Shown here: positions 26,814 to 35,755 of the stretch, one piece after another
Layout of the letters: each line of letters begins with the position of its first letter
How positions within the stretch are numbered: position 1 is the first letter of the stretch
Origin: a virus
DNA: 64,000 bases
Strand: one strand, 5' to 3'
IMG/VR virus record: IMGVR_UViG_3300040801_003393
Coordinates: 1 to 64,000 of that record
The notes under the pieces: generated by a model
What the model was told of the DNA's origin: nothing
Databases searched by the model: none
What the model saw: only the letters and a program-made list of their open reading frames with translations
Program-made: the position numbers and the translations under genes

Positions 26814-28520
26814 TTATGTTTCTGGGGTAGTTTCGGTTTCTGGGGCGCCTGCGCCGCCGAGATCAATATCGCCACCTTCGTCTCCCATGTCTAGCTCAGC
26901 ATCTAAATTATCAGCTGTTTCTAGGTCAGCATCAAAGTCTCCGGGACCAACGCCTACACCACGTAAGTCACTTCCGGCGGCTTCTAATTCTTCCTGTTTC
27001 TTGTTTTCTTCACGCCACATACGTTCGTTTTCGACAATCTCATCTTCTGTCCAACCTGCATATCGTTTTAGTGCAAATCGTTTAGAAACATATGGTATAT
27101 CAGCAACCGTAGTAAAGTTGGATAGTTGCGTAGAATCTAACTCAGCCTGGCGATAACTTGCAAAGTTCTGCGGTGGGTTAAACTTTAGATCAAAAATACC
27201 AGAGTCAATGTTAAACCCGCGCCATTTTAAAAATAGCTTGAATTCTTCGTTTAATGTCGATACTATACTACTTTGCAATCTTTCGCAGTATTGATTAAAG
27301 CGAAATTCTTGTATTAACGCAGTACCTAATCGGCCGTCTGACAAAGCAATCTGATTATCTTCTGGGCCCGTAGGAAGATAAGATGCAGGAACACGCAGGC
27401 CGCGGGCCAGCTTATTATTAAAGTATCGTAAATCATCAATCTCACCTAAGTTTTGCCCGCCTGGCAACACTTCTACAGACGAGCCGCGGCCATCTGCTGT
27501 CTGTGGGAAGAAATAATCTTCATTGATAGATAGCGGATTGTATGTTGCATCAAGCATATTCTGTCCGCCACCATTTTGCGTTGGTATACGACGTTGATGT
27601 ATCTCATTTTTAATACGTTCAACGAATCCCATTGCTAAGTGCGCTGGCATATTACCGACGTCAATCTTAAACATACGACGCTCTGGTGCTCGTTGTACAC
27701 GATAGATTAGAATAGCGTCTTCGAGCAGTTCTTTTTGCTTATATACTTTGAATATATTTTCTAATACAGATTGTCCAAAAGGCCAGAAAAAATCTAATCC
27801 TTCAGTTAAACTTAAATGAACTATATGCTTTGCATCTATTGCGGTTTCTGCCTGCCCGAGGTGGAAACGCCCTTGTTGGGCGCTAACTTGCGGGTTGTTT
27901 GGTATTGTATAACTGTACGGTGCAGTGTATCCGCCGCCAGGTGGTTGAGTTTGAAAATCTGACGTAGTTTTTGCGGCTACTGTTAAGTTTTGAAAGTTTG
28001 GGTTAATATCCTGAATAATATATTGTTCTGGTAATTTACCTTCGCTTTCATTTACAATAACCCGTGTTACTTTATTCATTTCAACCCAATATAGCTCAAA
28101 TGTCTCAGGGTCGCGGATAAAGACCTGGTCTCCATACTTAATTGTATTACGGAAAATCTTGAAGATTCGACGATCAAACTGATTTAGTTTTACCCATTGT
28201 TGTAACTGTTGGTTGAGAATTTTAACTTCGTTATCGGTTGGCTCATCTTTATACGATATTTCAAATGCTGTTAAATTTTGCTCGTTTGCTTGTGTTGAAA
28301 ACTCAGCTATAATATCTAAACATGCATTTACCTCTGAATCCATGTCCATTGCTTCGTATTGATTATATCTTTCAACACGATTTGGATGCCCGGAATATAC
28401 TTCCGGTAATGTTGATTGATAATTTCGAAAAGCAAAATCATCTCCACTTGAAGTTATTCCCGAAATCGGGCTAAGTGTTCCTGATGTGTTTGCGACTTTG
28501 AAGTATTTTTTCCAGGCCAT
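26814..28520 (-). CDS. gp20: Portal vertex protein (T4 gp20-like)
   Basis: LEDAILIYRVQRAPERRMFKIDVGNMP, EDYFFP, LPGGQNLGEIDDLRYF and LRVPASYL motifs. Confidence 0.95.
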   Translation of the reverse strand: MAWKKYFKVANTSGTLSPISGITSSGDDFAFRNYQSTLPEVYSGHPNRVERYNQYEAMDMDSEVNACLDIIAEFSTQANEQNLTAFEISYKDEPTDNEVKILNQQLQQWVKLNQFDRRIFKIFRNTIKYGDQVFIRDPETFELYWVEMNKVTRVIVNESEGKLPEQYIIQDINPNFQNLTVAAKTTSDFQTQPPGGGYTAPYSYTIPNNPQVSAQQGRFHLGQAETAIDAKHIVHLSLTEGLDFFWPFGQSVLENIFKVYKQKELLEDAILIYRVQRAPERRMFKIDVGNMPAHLAMGFVERIKNEIHQRRIPTQNGGGQNMLDATYNPLSINEDYFFPQTADGRGSSVEVLPGGQNLGEIDDLRYFNNKLARGLRVPASYLPTGPEDNQIALSDGRLGTALIQEFRFNQYCERLQSSIVSTLNEEFKLFLKWRGFNIDSGIFDLKFNPPQNFASYRQAELDSTQLSNFTTVADIPYVSKRFALKRYAGWTEDEIVENERMWREENKKQEELEAAGSDLRGVGVGPGDFDADLETADNLDAELDMGDEGGDIDLGGAGAPETETTPET

Positions 28521-28542
28521 TTAAAATCTCTTGTTTTGCTAT

Positions 28543-30591
28543 TTATTTGGAAGCTAGTTCTCGTTGCATCTTTTCCAAATTACGATCCATTCGTCCGAGC
28601 AAATCAACCATTTGTTTTTGCTGTTGTACTGTTATATTGCCTTGTTCGACTTGCCGTCTGACATCTGCGGACGTTTTTTCTTGTGCTACGAGTTGATCTG
28701 CACTATTATCGTCTTTTTTCTTTTCTGTCGTAGATGCGACTTTAGATTTTGTGCTTGGACTAATTTCCGCTAATCTCGTTCGAGACTGTTCTATTTTTCC
28801 TAATATATTTGCCCGGGCTTGAGTTAAATTTTCAATGTTCTTTTGCTGACCACCTGGCGCTGCCTCTAATTTTGCAATGGCGTCTGAATAAGTGTCGGCG
28901 GTCTTTAACATCATTGCAATATTTTCTTGCAATCGTTTTGGTTCAGCTGCTGCCGCAACTTTAGCTTTAAGTTGACGCTCCATTTCTTCAAGTCTTGATA
29001 TCTCAGCATCAAAATCCGTCGGTGATACGTCTGGATTGTATTCTGCACTTTGTTGTTCGTTACGGAGAGTTCTTAGCCGTTTTTGGACACCGGCTAAGTT
29101 TTCGGTAGTAGATGCTTGGGTAGCTGGTGTATAGGTTCCTATGTATGATGGAACACCTTTGTTTTTTGATTCCAAAGGGCTGTCTTTAGTTAAATCTAAA
29201 ACAAACTCTGTAGCTTTGCGTAATGCTGTCGAAAACCCGTCGATAACACCTACTGCAATGTCAGCATCCATGAACATCGTGTTAATGTTTGATATAGTTA
29301 CTTCTAGATCTTTCATTGACAGCGTTAACTTTTTAGTAGTTTCGTCTGTGTTTGTTCTTTGCTCATTCTGCTCAGAGATTATGTCTTTAAAGTTAATAAT
29401 TTCTTTACCGGCTAGCTCCATCTGTCCAGCAAATGCCATAGCTGGAGAATTTTCGCCCATAACTAATGCTGCGGTACGCTGCCATCCCTTAGGATCGACG
29501 TTTGTTCTGGCTTGTTCAATAGCATTGCCATATGCATCCATTGCATCCCCGCCGCGCTTAATCAAATCATTGTTGCGCTGAAACGTTTGTGTCCAGCCGC
29601 CAACAGCCGCTTGAATTGCTGCATCTGTATTATAAAATCCGGCGGCGGTATCCATTGCCGCTTTCGCTAATTCCGGCGATGACTGCTTTAATGCTGCGAT
29701 ATATTTTTGATGCTCTAGCCGTTCATCCTCGGACAGAGTTGTCAGGAATGCGCGGTATCTCGAATCACGCATCTGATCATCTAATTCTTTCTGTAATGCC
29801 TCACGACTTTGTCCGGTTAGTTTTGCAATCTGGTCTAACTCAATTCCATATTCGCGTGTTTTTGCGGCGAGCACGTCGGCGTCCATTTGCTGGTAACTGC
29901 CTAATCTGCGCTGACGAACTGCAAAATCTGCTACAGTTTGACCAATTTCGTCGATGCTAAAACCCAGGTAACGAAGTTGATCGCCTTGCTCGCTCTGAAG
30001 CATTGACATTGTATCGGTGAATATTTTTCCACCTTTGGTAGCAGATCCACCGAAGTAAGCTAAGTTTTGTGCATTTTTTTGTAGCAGAGATGCATACGTA
30101 GCTAATGGAATATTTGCTTTGTCAACTGCTTCGGCTAGTCCTTCAATTCCTTTAGCGCCTATTAGGCCAACTTGTCCTAGCTCCAGGAATGACGTATATC
30201 CCATCTGCACCTGACCAACAGCAAATTGAACTGCTTCAGTGGCACCATCTGCCATTTTTGAAAACACACCGCCAATTAGTGGTATTGCCGACAATAATCC
30301 ACTAACGGATTTACCAACGGCACCTATTATACCATTTAATTGTGTAAATTCGGCGTTGCTAGTGCCTAACGTTTTAATAGCGTCAACAAAGGATTGCCCT
30401 AGATTTTGAAGATTTTCAGTAGTTTCGCCAGCAACTTGGCTAAGTTTTTCAGCAGTAGCTTTCTCTTTACCTTTTGCTATAGCCCACTCTTCTACACTTT
30501 TACGAACCATATCACTAACATTGCTTGACGTGCGAGCTACACCGTCAAGGATGTCTTCAACCATCTCGTCTGTTTTAGAATCTATTGCCAC
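28543..30591 (-). CDS. Tape-measure-like alpha-helical tail protein
   Basis: 682-aa Ala/Gln/Glu-rich helical protein (IAKLTGQSREAL...DSRYRA), GTG start, divergent from the hub assembly genes; function inferred. Confidence 0.6.
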   Translation of the reverse strand: MAIDSKTDEMVEDILDGVARTSSNVSDMVRKSVEEWAIAKGKEKATAEKLSQVAGETTENLQNLGQSFVDAIKTLGTSNAEFTQLNGIIGAVGKSVSGLLSAIPLIGGVFSKMADGATEAVQFAVGQVQMGYTSFLELGQVGLIGAKGIEGLAEAVDKANIPLATYASLLQKNAQNLAYFGGSATKGGKIFTDTMSMLQSEQGDQLRYLGFSIDEIGQTVADFAVRQRRLGSYQQMDADVLAAKTREYGIELDQIAKLTGQSREALQKELDDQMRDSRYRAFLTTLSEDERLEHQKYIAALKQSSPELAKAAMDTAAGFYNTDAAIQAAVGGWTQTFQRNNDLIKRGGDAMDAYGNAIEQARTNVDPKGWQRTAALVMGENSPAMAFAGQMELAGKEIINFKDIISEQNEQRTNTDETTKKLTLSMKDLEVTISNINTMFMDADIAVGVIDGFSTALRKATEFVLDLTKDSPLESKNKGVPSYIGTYTPATQASTTENLAGVQKRLRTLRNEQQSAEYNPDVSPTDFDAEISRLEEMERQLKAKVAAAAEPKRLQENIAMMLKTADTYSDAIAKLEAAPGGQQKNIENLTQARANILGKIEQSRTRLAEISPSTKSKVASTTEKKKDDNSADQLVAQEKTSADVRRQVEQGNITVQQQKQMVDLLGRMDRNLEKMQRELASK

Positions 30592-30604
30592 GCTTTTACG
30601 GTCC

Positions 30605-30631
30605 TATAAATAACTGTACACTATATTTATG
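30605..30631. promoter_or_regulatory. Face-to-face pair of late promoters
   Basis: TATAAATA (+, 30605-30612) and CATAAATA (-, 30631-30624) flanking TGTACA. Confidence 0.65.
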
Positions 30632-30640
30632 GTATTAATA

Positions 30641-31471
30641 ATGAACGAAAATCCACTAATTAACTATTTCCGCCGACCGTCAATTTATATTACATTACCA
30701 TCAAAAGGTAAATTTTACCCCGAGGGTACGTTAGAGTTAACACCTGCTAACGAACTTGCAATTTATCCAATGACTGCAATTGACGAAATAACATACAGAA
30801 CCCCTGACGCTTTGTTTAACGGCTCGTCCGTGCCAGAGGTTATTAAGAGTTGTGTACCTTCTATAAAAGATCCGTGGTTAATGCCAAGCGTGGACTTGCC
30901 TGCTATATTAACTGCAATCAGAATTGCAAGTTTTGGACACGAAATGGAACTTCCGTCTACATGTCCAAAATGTAAAGAAACTGCCGAATACGCAATTGAT
31001 TTACGACACGTTCTTGACAATCTCGGAAAGCCGGATTTCGATAAACCATTTGAGGTGGGCGATCTAAAAATTTACTTTAGGCCGCTAACATATCAAGAAA
31101 TGAACAATAATGCTCGTGTTAACTTTGAAGAACAACAGTTAACAAAATTAGTTCAAGCAAGTCAGGAAGTTGACGAATCTAAAAAAATAGAACTTCTTTC
31201 TGACGCATTCAAAAAGGTATCGGCATTTACCATTGGAACATTAGTTAAAAACATCGATCGCATCGAAACACCTTCATCTATAGTAACTGACCCAGAATAC
31301 ATCGACGAGTATATACGCAATTGTGATCGCGACGTTTATCGTAATATTAAAAAGTATATTGTTTCGGAGAGATCCAAGGCTGATCTAAAGCCGCTACACA
31401 TTAAATGTGATCACTGTGGTCATGAGTATGATCAGCCATATACTATGGATATGTCAAATTTTTTCGAATGA
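30641..31471 (+). CDS. Baseplate hub assembly protein (T4 gp26-like)
   Basis: ITLPSKG, PMTAIDE, AIRIASFG, CPKC and CDHC motifs; alternative start at 30629. Confidence 0.75.
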   Translation: MNENPLINYFRRPSIYITLPSKGKFYPEGTLELTPANELAIYPMTAIDEITYRTPDALFNGSSVPEVIKSCVPSIKDPWLMPSVDLPAILTAIRIASFGHEMELPSTCPKCKETAEYAIDLRHVLDNLGKPDFDKPFEVGDLKIYFRPLTYQEMNNNARVNFEEQQLTKLVQASQEVDESKKIELLSDAFKKVSAFTIGTLVKNIDRIETPSSIVTDPEYIDEYIRNCDRDVYRNIKKYIVSERSKADLKPLHIKCDHCGHEYDQPYTMDMSNFFE

Positions 31472-31695
31472 AACTACTAATGTTGGATTCTGACGAAATC
31501 GAACAATACGTTAATCAGCTTGACAATGAAGTAAAAAAGATACGCAAGGAATCGCTAAAACTCACCTGGGCTATGCGCGGCGGCATACAATATCATGATA
31601 TTTTGAATTTATCAATGGACGAGCGATTAATGATTGCCGAAATATCAAACGAAAATCTCGAAATAACCCAAAAGTCTGGGTTGCCGTATTTTTAA
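31468..31695 (+). CDS. Small baseplate hub assembly protein (gp51-like)
   Basis: ATGA overlap with the gp26-like gene; WAMRGGIQY..ILNLS..ER pattern. Confidence 0.55.
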   Translation: MKLLMLDSDEIEQYVNQLDNEVKKIRKESLKLTWAMRGGIQYHDILNLSMDERLMIAEISNENLEITQKSGLPYF

Positions 31696-31904
31696 TCAAA
31701 TAAACTATTAAATGTTTCTGTAGCTGAGAATTCTTCTTCTACAGGGATCTCACCGCTATTAATATCTTCTTCAGCTTGTTTATGCTGGACCAGCATAATG
31801 AACCCATGATTACGGCAATGTAAGTGGTAATGGATATTACCCAGAGAATCTGACTTGACATAGTAAAAATATGTGCATCCTTTATGGCACTTTGGTGATC
31901 GCAT
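31692..31904 (-). CDS. Small Cys/His-containing hypothetical protein
   Basis: 70 aa, CxxxC...CxxH; GATAAGTA late-like motif just upstream. Confidence 0.5.
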   Translation of the reverse strand: MRSPKCHKGCTYFYYVKSDSLGNIHYHLHCRNHGFIMLVQHKQAEEDINSGEIPVEEEFSATETFNSLFD

Positions 31905-32084
31905 AGTAATTTTACTTATCGTGCATTAAAGTCAGAGTTATTGAAATAATAATACAATATTCAAGCTCTCTAAAGAGAGCTATTCGTTTGACTAACGTCA
32001 AACTCATGTTTTTCTAAGGTTATATTTTAAGGTAATAATAATTTTGAATTTAAGAAAGAATTCATTACTGTGAATTATCCAATT

Positions 32085-32705
32085 AACGACTTCTTTATCG
32101 GCTTCCAGGAGGAAGAATCATACTCTGCCCGTCGCCGGGCAAAGTCATGACAGAAAGACACCTCCAGGCGTCAGATACCATTTCGGTAGTGCCCTACTAG
32201 TGGATAGCTGCTATGTCTACCCCAAGCACAAGAACCACACATTGATAAGGCGAGCCTATTTTACAATAAGCATGCTGGCGGTTGTCCTATACCAGCGTTT
32301 AACCTCGACTCAAACAACGGAACCCTCAGCCAACCTCAATGTGCAAGCAGCGGCATGTTGGGTCGACGGTTGGCGATACTTAAAGTATCTCTGTTTCTTC
32401 CAGAGCCGTCATCATTAGCCTTTATACACTATTTTCTAACATCCAAATGGGTTTTACGAAGGCGTATCCCATCATCGTCCTTTGGTAGGATAGTGGATGT
32501 TGACCCTGCTATTGCACAAGGATTTGCGTACCTTCTCACATCAGAAAGGATTAGCAGCGCCGTTAACCGCCCGCGCCAGGGCTTTCAATAGTGTATAATG
32601 GCTAATAGGTAAAGCCTGTTTGACCTAACGGTTTATCGTCCCGTAGACTAAAGTGATTTGTCCCGACCGTCCCTTCTACGGCCATTCTTGGCTGGGTGCC
32701 TGTAG
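32085..32705 (-). ncRNA. Putative large structured non-coding RNA (~620 nt), family unknown
   Basis: No credible ORF; about 49% GC by hand count over 32101-32700; many nested inverted repeats; G.U pairs and a GNRA loop favour the minus strand. Boundaries approximate. Confidence 0.65.
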
Positions 32706-32710
32706 TTGCC

Positions 32711-33244
32711 TTAAAAATTTACGCCCTGTGTACTAAATGCCTTAATAGAATCGCTATTATATTTAAAAAACATGGTAAATTCACTAATAATCCAGATACT
32801 ATTTGTACTATCGCTGGAGTATTGCATGTAGTTATCAAGACCGTTGAGGTGCTCGAAAATTTTCTTTTCTACTGCTACAAATTTACCTTGACGATTAAAC
32901 TTTAAAAACATAATGTTTAAATCGCCAATGTCGGCTGCGTCGTATACCTGTCCTATCCATTTATCAATGGTTGCTGACTTGCCGGTATAGAGTTGATGCC
33001 ATGTAAAGTCCTTATAGAACTTTGCTTCTGAATTAAAATATTTCCATTCCAGTGGTGGAATGATATCACCTTTAAATGCGCGAATTTGGCCTTCATGTAA
33101 AAACTCTTTTCGGTGTGCGTTTTTACCACCAACATATGCACCAGAGCTGGGAGTGCGGAGGAATGATTCGTTGTACAATTTGCACATGAAATCAGCTACT
33201 TCTTTTTCCCACCCTGATCCTTTTATTTTTGACGGTGACGGCAT
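32711..33244 (-). CDS. PD-(D/E)xK nuclease, Holliday junction resolvase-like
   Basis: KIKGSGWEKEVA...RTPSSGA...GDII...EAKFYK motif order. Confidence 0.75.
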   Translation of the reverse strand: MPSPSKIKGSGWEKEVADFMCKLYNESFLRTPSSGAYVGGKNAHRKEFLHEGQIRAFKGDIIPPLEWKYFNSEAKFYKDFTWHQLYTGKSATIDKWIGQVYDAADIGDLNIMFLKFNRQGKFVAVEKKIFEHLNGLDNYMQYSSDSTNSIWIISEFTMFFKYNSDSIKAFSTQGVNF

Positions 33245-34341
33245 TAGTTTGTCTCGTATCCTACACCATAATCAAAATCGACATATTGTTGTTGACATTT
33301 AAGATTGCACTCTACCCATGATTTATTTGGGTTATTCCAGGTATTAGTTAACGTTACCCATTTTTCGTCATTTAAGATTTCGATTAACGATCGTGTTTTA
33401 ATAGAGAAGTATTTTCTATTGTTTGAAAAAAAGCTATTTTCATATTTAATAGTTTTAATACCATCGCTTAATTCTTTATACGGGAAACTAACCCAGCTAC
33501 AAGGATGCACTACCCCGTCGGCACTTATATACATCCCCCGGTTACCAACTAAACACAAAGGAACTATATGTTCAGAATATTCTTTTTGGATTTTTTCAAA
33601 TCGGGTTTTATTGGTTTGCATGTACCTTTCGTTTTGGATTCGACGATCGGTTAAATGTTCTACATGGCGCTCATATCGATGCGTCGCAGAGATAAATTCC
33701 TCCCTTGGTTCGAGTGCATCGTCAATTCCATCGTACGCCTCGCCATACTTGCTGCCAAATTTTGTGCTTTTAGTCCATTGAATGGCGTCGCATCCATTTT
33801 GAATAGCCAATGATCTGATACTATCTTGGTGGTCCTGATTAAATCTAAAATATATCGCTGCCCAATTTATAAATGCCGAACTTCGATGACCCATGATGCG
33901 CATACCAGCCATGATAGAGTCAAAGTCTGAGTTTACTCGATATAAGTTATTAGAATCGTGGTCGTAACCATCAACACTAAAATTAATAGAGTCGTACTCA
34001 TTTAGAATCGATGCAAGTTCTTCCCACCAGGCGGGTTTACGATAACTACCGTTAGTAATGGTAAATGTATGGCAGCTCGGCTTAACCTCTTTAACATATT
34101 GAACAATTTCTAAAAATTCTTTATTGTAAATTGGATCACCAACATCACCACAGAAGGTAAACCGTTGTACATTAGATATAATAAATTCTGGAGTAAATGC
34201 TTCCTTAAATTCTTTTAGAGAAATGTCTTGGTTGAGCCACGGAGTTTCAGGGAATTCAGTACGCGGACATCGAGGGCACTTTAAAGTACACCGACTGCTT
34301 AATTCTATGTGCCAATGATATAATTGCCAGTTTACTGCCAT
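33244..34341 (-). CDS. Radical SAM protein with C-terminal SPASM/twitch domain
   Basis: CTLKCPRC (CxxxCxxC), FCGDVGDP, TNGS, FSVDG; CLVG...GVVHPC and ECNLKC. Confidence 0.9.
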   Translation of the reverse strand: MAVNWQLYHWHIELSSRCTLKCPRCPRTEFPETPWLNQDISLKEFKEAFTPEFIISNVQRFTFCGDVGDPIYNKEFLEIVQYVKEVKPSCHTFTITNGSYRKPAWWEELASILNEYDSINFSVDGYDHDSNNLYRVNSDFDSIMAGMRIMGHRSSAFINWAAIYFRFNQDHQDSIRSLAIQNGCDAIQWTKSTKFGSKYGEAYDGIDDALEPREEFISATHRYERHVEHLTDRRIQNERYMQTNKTRFEKIQKEYSEHIVPLCLVGNRGMYISADGVVHPCSWVSFPYKELSDGIKTIKYENSFFSNNRKYFSIKTRSLIEILNDEKWVTLTNTWNNPNKSWVECNLKCQQQYVDFDYGVGYETN

Positions 34342-34856
34342 AAATCCACCCTTTTAAGTCCTGACATCTCAGTTAATTGTTTAATTTGATGAGCAAGTGT
34401 TAATATATTATATTTTGGAACCGACAAATGTTTGATCATTTGGGTATCTATTGCACCAGGATTATAAATTCTAAGGTCACAGTGACATTCGGACCTAAGG
34501 TCTCTTACCGCTTCTTGTAAAATTTTTTTATGATATCGATACATCCAGAAATTTTGATTTTTTTCTATTTCTAAACGTGGATAATCAGCAGACATACTGC
34601 CAATGGTTACAATGGTTTTTGATGGGTCATCGCTCCATAATCTTGCAAAACACTCTAATACTTTTAATTGTCCGTCATTATCATACGCGCAATTGTATAA
34701 TAAATCAGAGTCAACAAACATTTCTCCCCAAGAAGACACGTTGTGAATGTCGAAGTCAGGACGAGAAATTACTTGTACCAGATTATTTTTGTCAGATTCA
34801 TATACTTTTTTGAGACCGTCAGCCAATCCTTTTTTTCCAGTTATTAAAATGTTCAT
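34332..34856 (-). CDS. Short-chain dehydrogenase/reductase-like protein (compact)
   Basis: MNILITGKKGLADG Rossmann start, YNCA, IVTIGS, YRYHK (YxxxK), NPGAIDT. Confidence 0.75.
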   Translation of the reverse strand: MNILITGKKGLADGLKKVYESDKNNLVQVISRPDFDIHNVSSWGEMFVDSDLLYNCAYDNDGQLKVLECFARLWSDDPSKTIVTIGSMSADYPRLEIEKNQNFWMYRYHKKILQEAVRDLRSECHCDLRIYNPGAIDTQMIKHLSVPKYNILTLAHQIKQLTEMSGLKRVDLWQ

Positions 34857-35755
34857 TTATATTTTTGTATAATTAAATCGTCAGTACAACCGGTACATCG
34901 AATTCGGTTACATGTAGTATAGAAAGGTAGTAATTGAAAGTCTTCAACGAGTCCTAATTCGTCGTTACGACAAACACCACTGTATACTTTTAACTTCGAA
35001 TCGATGTGTATTCTTAGGCGTCCAGCTGCACATTTCCATCCTTTCCAAAAATCAAGTTTATCGTTATGAAGAGTATTAGCATGTAACAGAAAGGTTGAAC
35101 CATCATTGGTAGTTGCTTGGCAATTATAATTTATATGATTCTGTAGGTTTTTGATAGAACTCGATGGAGTTATTTCTTCGACGTTATTCCTAAAATTTAT
35201 TTCATTGATACTATAGCTAATAGAATGCTTATCTAAGATTTCTTTATAAGTTATAATTTGTTCTTTATTCCATGGTTCATCCATCACGTTAACATGAAAA
35301 CTTTTTTCTGGACGAATCATGATCTGATTGAGCATAATGGCTGTTTCAAAGAATTTTTCAGAATTAAAAAATTCTGAATGAGTAGAAAATGTTATTGCTT
35401 CGACATGTTTACTTAGTTTTTCATAAAAGTTAAAACTAGCACTACCGTTTGATATTATTAGAATTGAATCAAAGTTTTTGAAATTTTCCCTTAACCATAT
35501 TACAAATGGTAAAAAATCTTTTACAGTGCTAATTTCCCCACCGGTGAACGTTATCTTTATAGGTAGGTCCAATATTTTAATTTGATCGTATATGTGTAAC
35601 CAAGATGATTTGAGAGTCTCAAATGAATGAAATTCTCCAAGTTTGTTGTGTAACTCCGGAGGACAATAAGAACATGCGTAATTACAATGTGAAGTTAACT
35701 CCCAAGTTATAGAGAATATATCTTTGATGGGTCTAATTTCAACAATTTGACTCAT
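34853..35755 (-). CDS. Radical SAM protein
   Basis: CNYACSYC, FTGGE, SNGS; C-terminal Cys cluster WKCAAG...GVC...CNRIRCTGC. Confidence 0.9.
   Translation of the reverse strand: MSQIVEIRPIKDIFSITWELTSHCNYACSYCPPELHNKLGEFHSFETLKSSWLHIYDQIKILDLPIKITFTGGEISTVKDFLPFVIWLRENFKNFDSILIISNGSASFNFYEKLSKHVEAITFSTHSEFFNSEKFFETAIMLNQIMIRPEKSFHVNVMDEPWNKEQIITYKEILDKHSISYSINEINFRNNVEEITPSSSIKNLQNHINYNCQATTNDGSTFLLHANTLHNDKLDFWKGWKCAAGRLRIHIDSKLKVYSGVCRNDELGLVEDFQLLPFYTTCNRIRCTGCTDDLIIQKYK

Noticed and set aside
32085-32705. Group I/II intron, tmRNA, RNase P RNA or tRNA cluster
   Set aside because: No interrupted gene flanks it, and I found no group II domain V, group I R/S elements, tRNA-like ends or RNase P GAGGAAAGUCC motif by eye. 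A covariance search is still needed.
32200-32905. Track ORFs 32200..32418, 32355..32591 and 32696..32905
   Set aside because: Short, non-ATG starts, no RBS, overlapping each other or the resolvase; better explained by a structured RNA on the opposite strand.
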